Of a DNA stretch of 64,000 nucleotides, positions 53,064-64,000 are shown one piece after another (the stretch's first letter is position 1; each line of letters opens with the position of its first letter). The notes below the pieces were generated by a model. It worked only from the letters and a program-made list of their open reading frames with translations, was not told the DNA's origin and searched no databases. Both the position numbers and the translations under genes were made by a program. The stretch comes from Fonticula alba ATCC 38817 (Eukaryota > Protista > Nucleariida), in assembly GCA_000388065.2 (NCBI GenBank), contig KB932208.1; one strand, written 5' to 3'.

Positions 53064-53890
53064 ATGGTTGAGAGTGCCCATCCACTGCCGTCGGTGGTTG
53101 CCAGCACCAATCAGTCGGCTCTGCGGCGGTCGCTACTCAAATGCCCCACCGAGCAGCTCGTAGCCCTGGCCTCGCAGTCTTGGGGAGTTGCGCTCCCCGG
53201 GGAGCTGGTGGCTCCGGGCGAGGCCGCCGCGCCGGTGGCTGCCCCCGGCGACCCTGCCTCGGGCGGAGTCGCTGACAGGCGGCGCCGGGTCGCCGGGGCG
53301 ACCCTCTCCGAGACTCTCCGGCGAAGGCATATTGTTCGCGTTATTCTGGAGGACAAGGTGCGCCCCACTTGCCGAGCACACCTGTTCCTGGACTCTTCTG
53401 ACCTTTTTTTCCCTTTCCCCTCTTTTGGCACTCGGGCTGACCCGCTGCTCGCTTGGGGTATCCAGGAGGGCGGCTTCACGTTTCAAGAGGTGGCGGAGAC
53501 CGAGATCGTGGGTATGTACCTGCCTGGTGTTCGCACTCTTTGCCTTGTCTCCCCGCCCCCTATCACCACCACCACCACTACCTTGCTCCCACGCATGGAC
53601 GGCTAACTGCCCCATCCCCCTCCCCCTCGTCGAAGCATCCAAATATGGAGCCGGCAAGACTTGGTCCACGCTGCGCTACCGGAACACGGACCCGACACGT
53701 GTGGCCGACGCGTCGGGTGGCCTCAGCCGGACGGCTCTCGAGGCCCTCCCCGGTCTTGCATCTGCGTGCCAGGCCCGTGTGGCGCAGTTTTCCAAGAATG
53801 TGCGTCTTTATGCCCGGCGCCGAGCCGTTTCCCCCTCTTTTTACCCATGACATCCCCCCTGCCCCATTTTCTCTGCTTCTCTCCCGCCTT

Positions 53891-53930
<40 letters not shown>

Positions 53931-55367
53931 CTCGCTCTCGCTCTCGCTCGCTCTCTCTGTCTCCCTTGGACACCCATGACTCATCCGAATCTCGCCAACC
54001 AAAAAGCATACTTTCATTCAGGCAGATCAGGATCTGGATGCCTTCTGGATCCGCGTGGCCCTCATCGATGGGCTGACAGCCACCTCGTCTGTTCTTTCCT
54101 CGGACTCGGTCTTCTTTGTCCTTCTGCCCGAGACCGACATCTTGCTGGTGTCCGGGGGAAAGGCCACAACACGGGCCTTTGTCCTTGAGGTGCGTCAACG
54201 CACACATGGTTCCCCCCCCCCCCCACACACACACACACGCGCGCGCGCGCGCGCGCATGCATGCATCGGCCGGGCGGCCGTGGCGATGAGCCGCTTTAGC
54301 GACAAGCCCATGCACATACGCACGCGCCGCGCACAGGCAGGGGCGCACATGCATGCATGCACACACCTGGGCGCACCTCACCTGTTCGTCCTTCCCTTTG
54401 GCCCCCCGGCGCTGGACAGGCTGTGGCCACCGTCTTGCGGATCCAGCTGCGTGCAGACGACCAGCCAGTGAGGGCGGCAGCCATTCGGACCCTTGTCCGG
54501 TCACTCCGCCAACAGATGCATCCGGGCCCGGAGCTGAGCACCCGGCAGAGGGCCCTGTTGGCGGACCCGGCATCGGCCGGGCCGAGCCAGCAGCTGGAAT
54601 GCACCCTCAGTGCTCTGCCCTCGGAAGCACAGGCCCTGGTGCGCATGAATGCCGAAGCGCTGCCGCAGATGGACGACCGCCTGCTGGAGGAGCTGCTCAG
54701 TGCGCCGCCGGGGGAATTCCTCACCAGCGCCGCGGTGACCGACGCCAGTTTGTGGACATTCATCCGGGCCGAAGCGGCGGCACTCTTCGGCGACCATGCC
54801 GCCGAGGATGCCGCCACGGCGGAGCCCAACATGGGCATGGCCTTGTCGCAGATCCGGGTGACGCTGGACCGGCAGGCCGATGCACGGCGGGACTGTGTGC
54901 ATTTGGCCCCCGGGTCGGCGAGGCCCATGCTGCCGGCGGATCTCCAGATGCAGGAGCAGCGCCTGGCGCACATGCTCCAGGACTTGCGCATGCGTGAGCC
55001 CATCAACATCAAGTATTCCATCAACCTGGTGGGGACCGACATTGGCGGGGCCGTGCGCCGTGGGGACTTGAAGCGGTATGGCCTGGTGTCCGACATTCGC
55101 CGGCCCTATGCGCCCTTGTGGCTGGCCGTTGGCCGGGCCCGAGGGGACATCATGGCGGAGGAGTCTTCCACCGAGAGGTGGTCCTCTCCCGGTGATGATG
55201 GAGGTCCAGCTGGCGGGCCGGCAGATGCGCTGGCCCGGGTGGCCGGGCTGGATGCCGCTCGGGCGGCCGCCGCCGACGCAGACCTCCCGGCCACCGGGTT
55301 CGGCTTGTCCAATGAATGGACCATCGATGTGAACGGCCGCGTGCGTTGCCCACGCCAGGGCCGGTAG
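53064..55367 (+). CDS. CENPN: Kinetochore protein CENP-N / Chl4 / Mis15 family (4 exons)
   Basis: LRRSLLKCPTEQLVALASQSW, RHIVRVILEDK|GGFTFQEVAETEI, KTWSTLRY, DAFWIRVALIDG, FFVLLPETDILLVS and C-terminal YSINLVGTDIGGAVRRGDLKRYGLV..PLWL follow the Chl4/CENP-N pattern as recalled; not searched. Confidence 0.65.
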
Positions 55368-55850
55368 CAATAGACCTCACACCTGCTGACACCCGAGAGC
55401 TGGCGCCGGTAACGGCAAAGGGGCGCGACAGGGGGAGAGAGAGAGAGGGAGAGAGAGAGGGAGAGAGAGAGAGGGAGAGGGAGAGAGAGGGAGAGGAAGA
55501 GGGAGAGAGAGGGAGAGAGAAGGCCGAGATACGTCTGCTCATGGGCTGCGCTTGCGGCGATGGGTCAGTCTCTTTGGGCTTGGTCATCTTGGTACACCCT
55601 GGTCGTGATGGTGGTCCCTCGCCTCGGGAGGGGCGGCTCGGAGGCGGGGAAGAGGGGGGTGGGGAGCTCCAGTTTGCAGAAAGTGTAAAGGGTTGCAGAT
55701 TTATTTCAGGAGAGGGGGGGGGGAGGGTGATGGGATGGGAAGGGAAAGCAACAGCCAGCCGCCGCTTCGAACCCAAGATCTGGTGGGGGTGTGGGGAGGA
55801 AGGGGGAGGGGGGGGGGGGGAGGGGCCACATAAGCAGGCCCCAGGACCCC

Positions 55851-56501
55851 TTACTCCAGGTAGGAGGGGCGCGGGCGCTGGGGCGGCTGGGCGTCCGGGA
55901 TGGCCGCGGCCAGGGACATGACGACCACCAACCCGATGACACCCACCTGGGCGTAGATACGGCTGTGAATGAGCTTGAAGGAGAGCGGCCCCTTCTGGCT
56001 GAAGGACTTGAGCAGGGACCCGGCCATGATGGCGCCCCAGGTACCGAGGCCGATGGCCATGCGGTGCTTGACGGCCCACTGCAGGGGGGTCAGGTGCACC
56101 TCGTTGCCCTGCTCATCGAGGGTGATGCCCTCGCGGTGACGGCGGAAGGCGGTGTCCTGGGCCTGGATCTCGGCGGTGGCCTCCTGCTTGAGGGCCTCAT
56201 ACTCGGGGACCGCCTGGCCGGCCTGCGAGTAGCGCGAGGCCAGGACGCGCTCCATGTCGCGCTGGCGACCGTACCGGAGGACGGCATCCTCGGCCCAGAT
56301 GTAGCACCCGGAGATGGCCATCGAGGAGAGGACGAACGCGCGGCCGGCGTAGTTCAGCCGGTTGCGGATGAGCGGCGAGTACTTGTCACCGAGCATCAGA
56401 CCACCGATGGTGGCACCGAGCCACAGGGCACCGCCCTTGGCACCGGCCACCAGGGCCTCGGTCATCATGCCGTCGTTCTCGGACTCATGGACTTCACGCA
56501 T
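55851..56501 (-). CDS. RCF2: Respiratory supercomplex factor Rcf2-like, HIG1 domain membrane protein (single exon)
   Basis: Two N-terminal TM segments, then WAVKHRMAIGLGTWGAIMAGSL...KLIHSRIYAQVGVIGLVVV, containing the HIG1 (H)xRxxAQ motif; about 216 aa. Confidence 0.85.
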   Translation of the reverse strand: MREVHESENDGMMTEALVAGAKGGALWLGATIGGLMLGDKYSPLIRNRLNYAGRAFVLSSMAISGCYIWAEDAVLRYGRQRDMERVLASRYSQAGQAVPEYEALKQEATAEIQAQDTAFRRHREGITLDEQGNEVHLTPLQWAVKHRMAIGLGTWGAIMAGSLLKSFSQKGPLSFKLIHSRIYAQVGVIGLVVVMSLAAAIPDAQPPQRPRPSYLE

Positions 56502-57691
56502 GGTGGTGTGGGAGTGGGGGTATGGGGGGGGGGGACTCTGCGGACGGATCGGGGAGGCGGGAGGGGGGGGGGGCGATAGCGGGGGTGTGAGAGAGGGGGA
56601 GAAGCAGGCAGGCAGGCAGACAGGGCGGGGGGAGGGATCGGGAGAAAGCGGGCACAGGAAGGGGCGGAGCGCGGAAAGGAGGGGGGTGCTTACATAAAAA
56701 GAGAAAGGGGGAGGAGGGAACTCGTGTGGAGGGGGCCGGTACCGATCTCCACACGAATGAGCTGCCCTTAAATGGGCCAAGCCGCGCGGGGGCCCGGCAT
56801 GGTCCACCAACCGGGCGCGTCGACCTCCCGGTCCCATTCGACCGCCCTCCGCCGCGCTGGCACCCGCCGCCCCTCCCCCCCCCCCGCCCCCCATCCGGGT
56901 CCCCCCGTCACACGGAGGGAAAGACCGAGAGGGACGGCGAGAAAGAGAGCCTCTACACCCCACTGGAGCCCCGGCCTGGTGCGTAGGGCGGCTCATCTGC
57001 GCAAGGGCACGCCCCCCCCCCCCGCCCCGGCTCCCCCTCCGAGGCCCGGACGGCCGTGACCGCGTGCGGGCACCCAGCCGACCGCCTCCCGGGTCCGGGT
57101 GAAATGTGCCGGCATGTCTGCTGCCCCAGGCCCCCGGGACCCTGGGCAGCCCGGGCCCATTATTCCGATCAACCCCCGAGTGATAGGGGATGGTCGTGAT
57201 GGCCCCCGCAGGAGGGGGGGCGGGGGGGGGGGATGGGCGCCTGGATCTGGGCAGGGGCGGCGAGGCGCCGGCGTCCTCGCTCTCCCCCACCACGTTGCCA
57301 AGATTCCCACACCTCAGGTTGGGGCGCCGGGTGTGAGAATCCCGCAGCCCCGGCGGCCGGCGTTAGTCAGCATATCCCGCCCCCGGCTTCGGCACTCTAG
57401 TGCGCGTCCGGCGCGCACGCGCGCGCGCGCGCCCACACCGTGAACAGGGTCGGAGCCGACCGGAGGACTGGTGCACAGGCATGTTTGGCCGCACAGCTGC
57501 ACGGACAGTACGGGGTTCGGGCTGGGCGCGGAGCACTTGAGGAGCCCCCGCCCTTTTCCCCGGGCCGACCCCCTACTGCCACCGCCGCCGGGGCGCACCC
57601 CGCCCTCTGGCGCGCGCCCGGGGGGGGGGGGGGAGACCGGGTGTGTCGGGACAGCCACTCCATCTCCCCCCCCCCCCCCCGTACGCACACA

Positions 57692-57723
<32 letters not shown>

Positions 57724-58621
57724 CACACATGTGCGCCTTTTCGCAGAGTGTTTCCCCGTCTGCCAGGGCGAGGTGCCAGGGGAGGATAGCAGCAACAGGG
57801 CACTACCACGGCCCACCACGGCCCACGACGCGAGGGCCCGCGCCTAGCGCACAAAACACGCATCGCTCGGGACCGGCGACGAGGGGCCGGGAAGCGGCCA
57901 CGATCTCCACCCCCAGAATGGTCATGAATCATCGCCAAGGAGCCGGGGGGGGGGGGGAGGGGGCCGGGCGATGTGAAAGGCCGCTTCGGCGCAGCCGCGC
58001 CCCCTCCCCGCAAACGTGTCTCGCAGAGAGCACCCTTCCCGGGAACGAGGGCCAGTGCCTGAGCCAGGGCCCATAGCTCCCCAACCAGCGACCCCCCNNN
58101 NNNNNNNNNNNNNNNNNNNNNNNNNNNNNNNNNNNNNNNNNNNNNNNNNNNNNNNNNNNNNNNNNNNNNNNNNNNNNNNNNNNNNNNNNNNNNNNNNNNN
58201 NNNNNNNNNNNNNNNNNNNNNNNNNNNNNNNNNNNNNNNNNNNNNNNNNNNNNNNNNNNNNNNNNNNNNNNNNNNNNNNNNNNNNNNNNNNNNNNNNNNN
58301 NNNNNNNNNNNNNNNNNNNNNNNNNNNNNNNNNNNNNNNNNNNNNNNNNNNNNNNNNNNNNNNNNNNNNNNNNNNNNNNNNNNNNNNNNNNNNNNNNNNN
58401 NNNNNNNNNNNNNNNNNNNNNNNNNNNNNNNNNNNNNNNNNNNNNNNNNNNNNNNNNNNNNNNNNNNGGGGGGGGGGGGAAATAGACCCCACCTCCGGGC
58501 TCTGCTTGCCGGGGGGCCCGTCGGAACACGACCGGAGAACGTGCGCGCCGCCGCACCGAGACCAGGGATTCTGGAGGGCGTATATTGGATGATTCATCGG
58601 CGTGGGCGGAAGATTCCATGA

Positions 58622-58732
58622 TCACTGGACCGAATTGAGGGAGTGGCTCAGCTGACTGAGGTCGAAACGCAGCTGGCGGACCTCGTGATCCGCCAGCTCT
58701 TCGTACGCTGGCCGATTGTGGATCTGCCCGAT

Positions 58733-58771
<39 letters not shown>

Positions 58772-59757
58772 GTGTGTGTGTGAGCGTGTGTGTGGCAGGA
58801 AAAGAGGAAAAACAAGGAGGCGGAGAGGAAGGACGGATACGCCCCCCCGGACAGAGAGCATGCGAGAAGCACAGGTCAGTTCGGGCTCGACAGGATGCAC
58901 ACACGAGCAGGAGGGTGGTGGGGCCGCGGCCGTACCAGTTCCGGATGACGGCTTTCCCCTGGAAGTTGACCGGCAGATGTTCGATGCCCTCCAGATGCCC
59001 AAGAATCTGGTTGAGCAGGGGCAGCACATTGTCGGTCGAGCGCATTTGCAAGTCCAGGTAATCGTTGAGGGTCACAATGTCCTTGCCGACATTGATGGCA
59101 TGTGTGAAGGACTTGCCGGAGCTGACAGCCACGCCGGCCGGAATGCCAGCCTCCAGGCGGATGAGCGCAGCTCGGCACTCAAGCTGCCAGGCCCCAGGGA
59201 TAAGGGGAAGGGGAGAGAAAGCCGGAGGGGGAGAGCCAGAGAGAGAGAGAGGGAGAGAGAGAGAGAGAGGGAGGGAGGGAGGGAGGGAGAGAGGGAGAGA
59301 GAGGGAGAGAGGGGGAGAGGGAAAGAGGGAGAGAGAAAGAGCCGGAGAGTGTGCGTGTGCGGTGGACAGGAAAGGGTCAGACCAAGGCGGCCCATGGCAG
59401 GGTACGGTCGCGAAACAAGGAGAAGCTCCCGGGACGCACGCCATACTGCTGACAGAAGTTCCGGACGCCCGGCATGCCATCCTCCAGGCCGGCTACCACC
59501 TGCCGCGCGACTTGGTACTGGGAAAGGAGCTGGCGACAGGTGGACGAGTAGTCCCGGTCGCTGATCATGTCCGAGATGTAGGCCTCCTCGAGGGCATCCA
59601 GCGCCACGATGATGGCATAGAGGGCTCCAGCGCGCTCGAGCTCCTCGCGATCGCGATTGCTGCGGAAGAGCTTGATCGCCGGCTGGCCAGTAGATGGGGC
59701 GCCAGTGCCGGCGTTGGGGTCGCCTGGCGCACCGGGGAACGGGTTGGGCATGGCCAT
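58622..59757 (-). CDS. VPS28: ESCRT-I subunit Vps28 (3 exons)
   Basis: IKLFRSNRDREELERAGALYAIIVALDALEEAYISD..DYSSTCRQLLSQY, LECRAALIRLEAGIP, IVTLNDYLDLQMRSTDNVLPLL and EELADHEVRQLRFDL. Confidence 0.92.
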
Positions 59758-60564
59758 GGTGGGAGACGGGGGAAAAGGAGAGGGGAGAGGGGAGAGGTGA
59801 ACGAAACAGAGGGGGGGGGGAGGATCGGAGGAGAATACATGTCAGGACTGTTGACAGGCGCAAGGGGCACCGGGCCAGAAAAACGAAGCCCCAGTTGACA
59901 TTCCATCGATTGCGCGCACTCTGCGGGGATCGCAAAAGAAGTCGCAGCAAAGGTGAGATCGTGGCGTGAGGTTTGCATCCCAGCCGGGGCCCGGGGGAGA
60001 GAGCGCAGGCCGCGGGGGGGGGGGGGGGGGTCTTGGCCAATTCTCTTCCCGGACCTGGTCCGCTCGCCCCCCCCCCCCCCCCCGGTGTCCGGAAGGGGGA
60101 AGCGCCCCGCATTCACCTGCACTTCCCAACGGAGGCGGCCAAGGGGCCAAAGCCGGCAATCGGTCCGCCTCGTCACGCCCCCACGGGATCAAGGCCCAAG
60201 AATTCATGGCTCCTTGCCGGCCCACCGCCCGGAGAGCACGCACAGGCCATCCTGCGGAGGAGGCCGGCGAAGCGCGCCCCCCCTCCCCCCCCCCCCCCGA
60301 GCCAGGTGCCGCAGTGCGCCTGCCCGCGCCGCTGGTACGGCTCCTCGCATGCGCCAAGACCACCCACACAATGAGCAGGGAGAGGAGGAGACGAAAAACA
60401 AAGAGAGGAGGAGCAGAGGAAGATTGAGAAAAGGGGGGGGGGGTCTTTGTTCGGACGCGCAACGAGGAGCACATCCTCGCGGCTGGCAGGGGGGGGGGGG
60501 CACAAAAAGAGGAGCATCAGTGCTCGGCTCCTTGGCCCGCACCAGAAGGAGGACGGGCCAGGAG

Positions 60565-62189
60565 CTACTCCTGCGGCGGGGCCGGCACACCGCCCGACGG
60601 CAGGACATCCACCAGACGGTCCCACCAGCCGAGCAGCGTGTCGCCGGCGTGGCCGAACCCGGCGAAGCCGGCTCCCCGCCATGCGCGGGCGGCGCGCGCC
60701 ACAAAGGCATCCACATCGAAGGGCCACCACTCGAGGATGGTGCTGAGGGAGTATTCTACCATGGGATGGGCAGATGTACATGGCATGCGAGTGCGATGGG
60801 TCAAAAGCCGCTGGATGGAGGGGACAACGCGCCAGGAAGGGAAGGAGGATGAGGGACGTACCACCGGCCGACGTCAGTCGGGTCTTGTTCCGGTCCAGGC
60901 CTTCAAAGGTCAGGTAAACCTTGATGTCGCAGATGTCATCGCACTGGCTGTCATTCAGCGGGGCCTCCACGCCGCATGCGCCATCGATGCACGAGGTTGT
61001 GCAGCGGAGATTGTCGTCCGTCTCCCCAGCAAGGGCTCGGGGATCTTCTGGACTGGCCGCGACATTGGTGCTAGAGGAGCCGGGCGCGCTAGAGGAGCCG
61101 GGTGCACTGGCAGAGCCGGGGGCGCTGGCAGAGCCGGGCGCGCTGGCAGAGCCGGGCGCGCTGGAGGAGCCGGGCGCGCTGGAGGANNNNNNNNNNNNNN
61201 NNNNNNNNNNNNNNNNNNNNNNNNNNNNNNNNNNNNNNNNNNNNNNNNNNNNNNNNNNNNNNNNNNNNNNNNNNNNNNNNNNNNNNNNNNNNNNNNNNNN
61301 NNNNNNNNNNNNNNNNNNNNNNNNNNNNNNNNNNNNNNNNNNNNNNNNNNNNNNNNNNNNNNNNNNNNNNNNNNNNNNNNNNNNNNNNNNNNNNNNNNNN
61401 NNNNNNNNNNNNNNNNNNNNNNNNNNNNNNNNNNNNNNNNNNNNNNNNNNNNNNNNNNNNNNNNNNNNNNNNNNNNNNNNNNNNNNNNNNNNNNNNNNNN
61501 NNNNNNNNNNNNNNNNNNNNNNNNNNNNNNNNNNNNNNNNNNNNNNNNNNNNNNNNNNNNNNNNNNNNNNNNNNNNNNNNNNNNNNNNNNNNNNNNNNNN
61601 NNNNNNNNNNNNNNNNNNNNNNCCCACACGCGGCAGAGGACAGTGAAAAAAAGGGGGGGGGGCGGGGGAGGTGGGAATGCAGGGAGAAAAAAGGCCGAGG
61701 CACGAGCATGAGGAGGGCGCACACTCCGGGATGGTCAGGACGGCCAGCTTGTCCACAGTGACAAAGTACTCCGCGAAGAGGGGCCCGAGGTCGGGGTTGT
61801 CGGCCAACAACGACACACGAACCACATCCCCGACCCGATAGTCGGGCTGGGTGGCCAGGGCATCGCGGAGTCGGTCGCACCCGGCAAGGGTGTCGGTTGA
61901 GCAGTAATTGTTGTTGGGCTTGTCGGGCTGCGGGACGGGTGTCGCGGCCGAGGGGGGCCGAGAGGAAGGGACGCGGAGGAAGAGGGGCAGAGGTCAGACC
62001 ACAGCCGGGGATAGCAATGAGAGAGGACACAACGGGCGATGGCCATGGGGCCGGCCGGCGGGAAGAGGGCAAGAGGCCCGGCAAACACACAGTAGGTTTC
62101 ATGGCTCTGGCATGTGGCCAGGCGAGCGCCAGCAGGGCCAGGAACAGGAGGGCCCCCAACTGTCGAGCCCGTGCGACGGGAGCGGACAT
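60565..62189 (-). CDS. Hypothetical secreted protein: signal peptide, Ser/Thr/Pro-rich linkers, (SAPGSx)n repeats, small Cys-rich C-terminal domain; interrupted by gap 61186-61622
   Basis: MSAPVARARQLGALLFLALLALAWPHARA signal peptide. Exons VSLLADNPDLGPLFAEYFVTVDKLAVL and CTTSCIDGACGVEAPLNDSQCDDICDIKVYLTFEGLDRNKTRLTSAG|EYSLSTILEWW, stop at 60565-60567. Confidence 0.6.
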
Positions 62190-63382
62190 TGTGTGCGGAC
62201 GGAGAGGGGGAGGGGGGGGGCGGGAGGCGGGGGGCAACGAAAAAAAAAAAGGGGATGCGAAGAGCCGGCGAGAGGAGGGGATCTACCCTCGCCCCCCGGC
62301 CGCGCCAGGGGCCACACTTGTGCCGCTGCCGAAGAATAGATCCCGCCGCGGGGCCGGCCCCTCCCTCGGCCCATTCCCCCCCCCCCCCACCGCGGTTCCG
62401 GTCCCTCGGCCGGGAGAACGGCCGGCGTGCGGCGGGGTGTGACCGCCAGAAGAATGGTCCTTGGATCTTCGCGCGTGGATTTGGGACAAAGCAACGACGG
62501 CATACGGCTATTTGAGTTTGCTTCCGAAAATGAGGCAAAATGCGGGACTATTAATAAATATCCATTTATTGAATATCTCTCCGATCTAGTTAACAAGGGG
62601 AGAACATATTTGCCGGGGAGGCAAAAAGGGGCGAGAGCACACCAGCAAGCGGGGTGGAGGAAAACACTGGGGGTCCACATTTTGCCCCTTTTTGCTGGCT
62701 GCCCTCTTCTTCCGCATGGGCGCGTGGGCTCGTGTGTATGTGTGTATGTTGTTTCTTGTCTCTTCAACGCCCACGCCCCCACATGGCGCAGTGTCTAAGC
62801 GTGAGGCCTTTCGCGTGTGGGCCTCTCCCCGCATGGAAGATGGGCATGCTTTGGGCATGGCTGCCCCCCTCTTGTTCCCTCTCCCCCTCGCTCTCTGCCT
62901 CTTGCTGCNNNNNNNNNNCGTGTGGGCCTCTCCCCGCATGGAAGATGGGCATGCTTTGGGCATGGCTGCCCCCCTCTTGTTCCCTCTCCCCCTCGCTCTC
63001 TGCCTCTTGCTGCTTGCCCTTCCAAGGGAAGAGGGACGACTCCTGGGGAGAAGACACGCCAGAGGGACCGACAGGCTGGGGGGGGGGGAGGGGGCAGGGG
63101 AGGCAGGAGAAGAAGGAGGCGCGGACTGGGGAGGGGGGGGGCAAAGGCTGTGGGGTGTGGGGTTGGGTTAGGGGTTGGGTCGGCTGTTGGGGGGGTTTTG
63201 TTTTTTTCGTCTGGTGTGTGGTTTTGGGGTCTGTTGAGGGGTTTGGTGTTTTGTGATTTGCGCTCGAGCGTGGGGGGGGGGGGGCCGAGAAAAGGTGGTG
63301 ATCTGCCGCAAGGACGGGGAAAGCCCCCACCGCGCTGATGAGATCCCTGCGCCCCGTTCGTGGGCTTGTGTTGCGCATCACC

Positions 63383-64000
63383 TCAAGGCTGCACGCCGTG
63401 GGGGCTCACCGGGTTCGAGCTCATCAGGGTGCGGTTGTTCTGACCAATGACGAATCCCTGGCCGGTGGGGCTGGTGGCGGAGGGCTGGCTCCCGGCGGTG
63501 GCCAGGGTGGCAGTGGTGCTGCCGGCTGCTGCCTCACGGGCCTTCGGCCCTCCGACGGCGCTGTTGCTCCGGGACATGGCTCCGGCCGCGCGTTCGGCGT
63601 CATCCTCCCGGTGGTACACCCGGAAGGTGCCGGTGCCATTGGTGCTGGAGCGCCGCTGTGGGCCGCCACCGCCCGGGCCACGACGGCGCCGGCTCCAGAC
63701 CACCAGGCCGACGGCCACACCACTGACCAGCAGTGCCGCGCCGACAGCCCCGACGATGGTGCCAATGAGGGCGCCCCCTTGGAGGCCGCCGCCAGCCTTC
63801 GGCCCGGGCAGCTGCTCGGACACATTCTGCACCCGGACCAGCGACAGGACTGTCCAGCTGGGCGCCGGTGGGGGTGACATGGTGGGGTCCTGGCCGGCGG
63901 AGGAGTCCTCGTGCCCGGCGCCCGGGCCGATCGACCGGAAGATGTGATCCGAGTCCTGCATGTCCGGGGTAATCAGCGAGAAGTAGATGCGCGTGCTGTG
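63383..64000 (-). CDS. 3' end of a type I single-pass membrane protein (starts beyond window)
   Basis: The frame is open from the window end. TM segment GALIGTIVGAVGAALLVSGVAVGLVVW is followed by stop-transfer SRRRR and a low-complexity tail; stop at 63383. Confidence 0.7.
   Translation of the reverse strand, partial: HSTRIYFSLITPDMQDSDHIFRSIGPGAGHEDSSAGQDPTMSPPPAPSWTVLSLVRVQNVSEQLPGPKAGGGLQGGALIGTIVGAVGAALLVSGVAVGLVVWSRRRRGPGGGGPQRRSSTNGTGTFRVYHREDDAERAAGAMSRSNSAVGGPKAREAAAGSTTATLATAGSQPSATSPTGQGFVIGQNNRTLMSSNPVSPHGVQP

Noticed and set aside
62809-63012. Perfect ~90-bp direct repeat
   Set aside because: The two copies flank a 10-N gap (62909-62918), which is typical of overlapping contig ends, so it is most likely an assembly artefact.

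Overview
GC-rich, intron-rich eukaryotic genomic DNA with many assembly gaps (N runs). Introns have GT(A/G)(C/T)GT-type donors, CTGAC/CTAAC branch points and C/CT-rich low-complexity bodies. The gene content (fungal-type Set9, Aim25, Rcf2 and mL53 alongside SETD7-like and supervillin-like genes) suggests an early-branching opisthokont such as the nucleariid Fonticula; this is an inference. About 16 protein-coding genes were reconstructed by hand from splice signals and motifs: an alpha/beta hydrolase, a 3-MRH-domain M6P-receptor-like protein, Set9/Suv4-20 (apparently spliced in frame to PWWP and chromo-barrel domains), Aim25 scramblase, a large RNI-like LRR protein, mitochondrial GGQ rescue factor MTRFR/C12orf65 fused to a C-terminal glutaredoxin-like domain, mL53, NFS1, a supervillin-like protein, an orphan membrane protein, SETD7, CENP-N/Chl4, Rcf2/HIG1, VPS28, a secreted orphan and the 3' end of a type I membrane protein. 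No tRNA, rRNA, CRISPR array or transposon was recognised. The best leads are the MTRFR-glutaredoxin fusion with an internal presequence-like linker (possible mitochondrial polyprotein) and the Set9 writer-reader fusion. All exon coordinates are manual and approximate, and no database searches were run.
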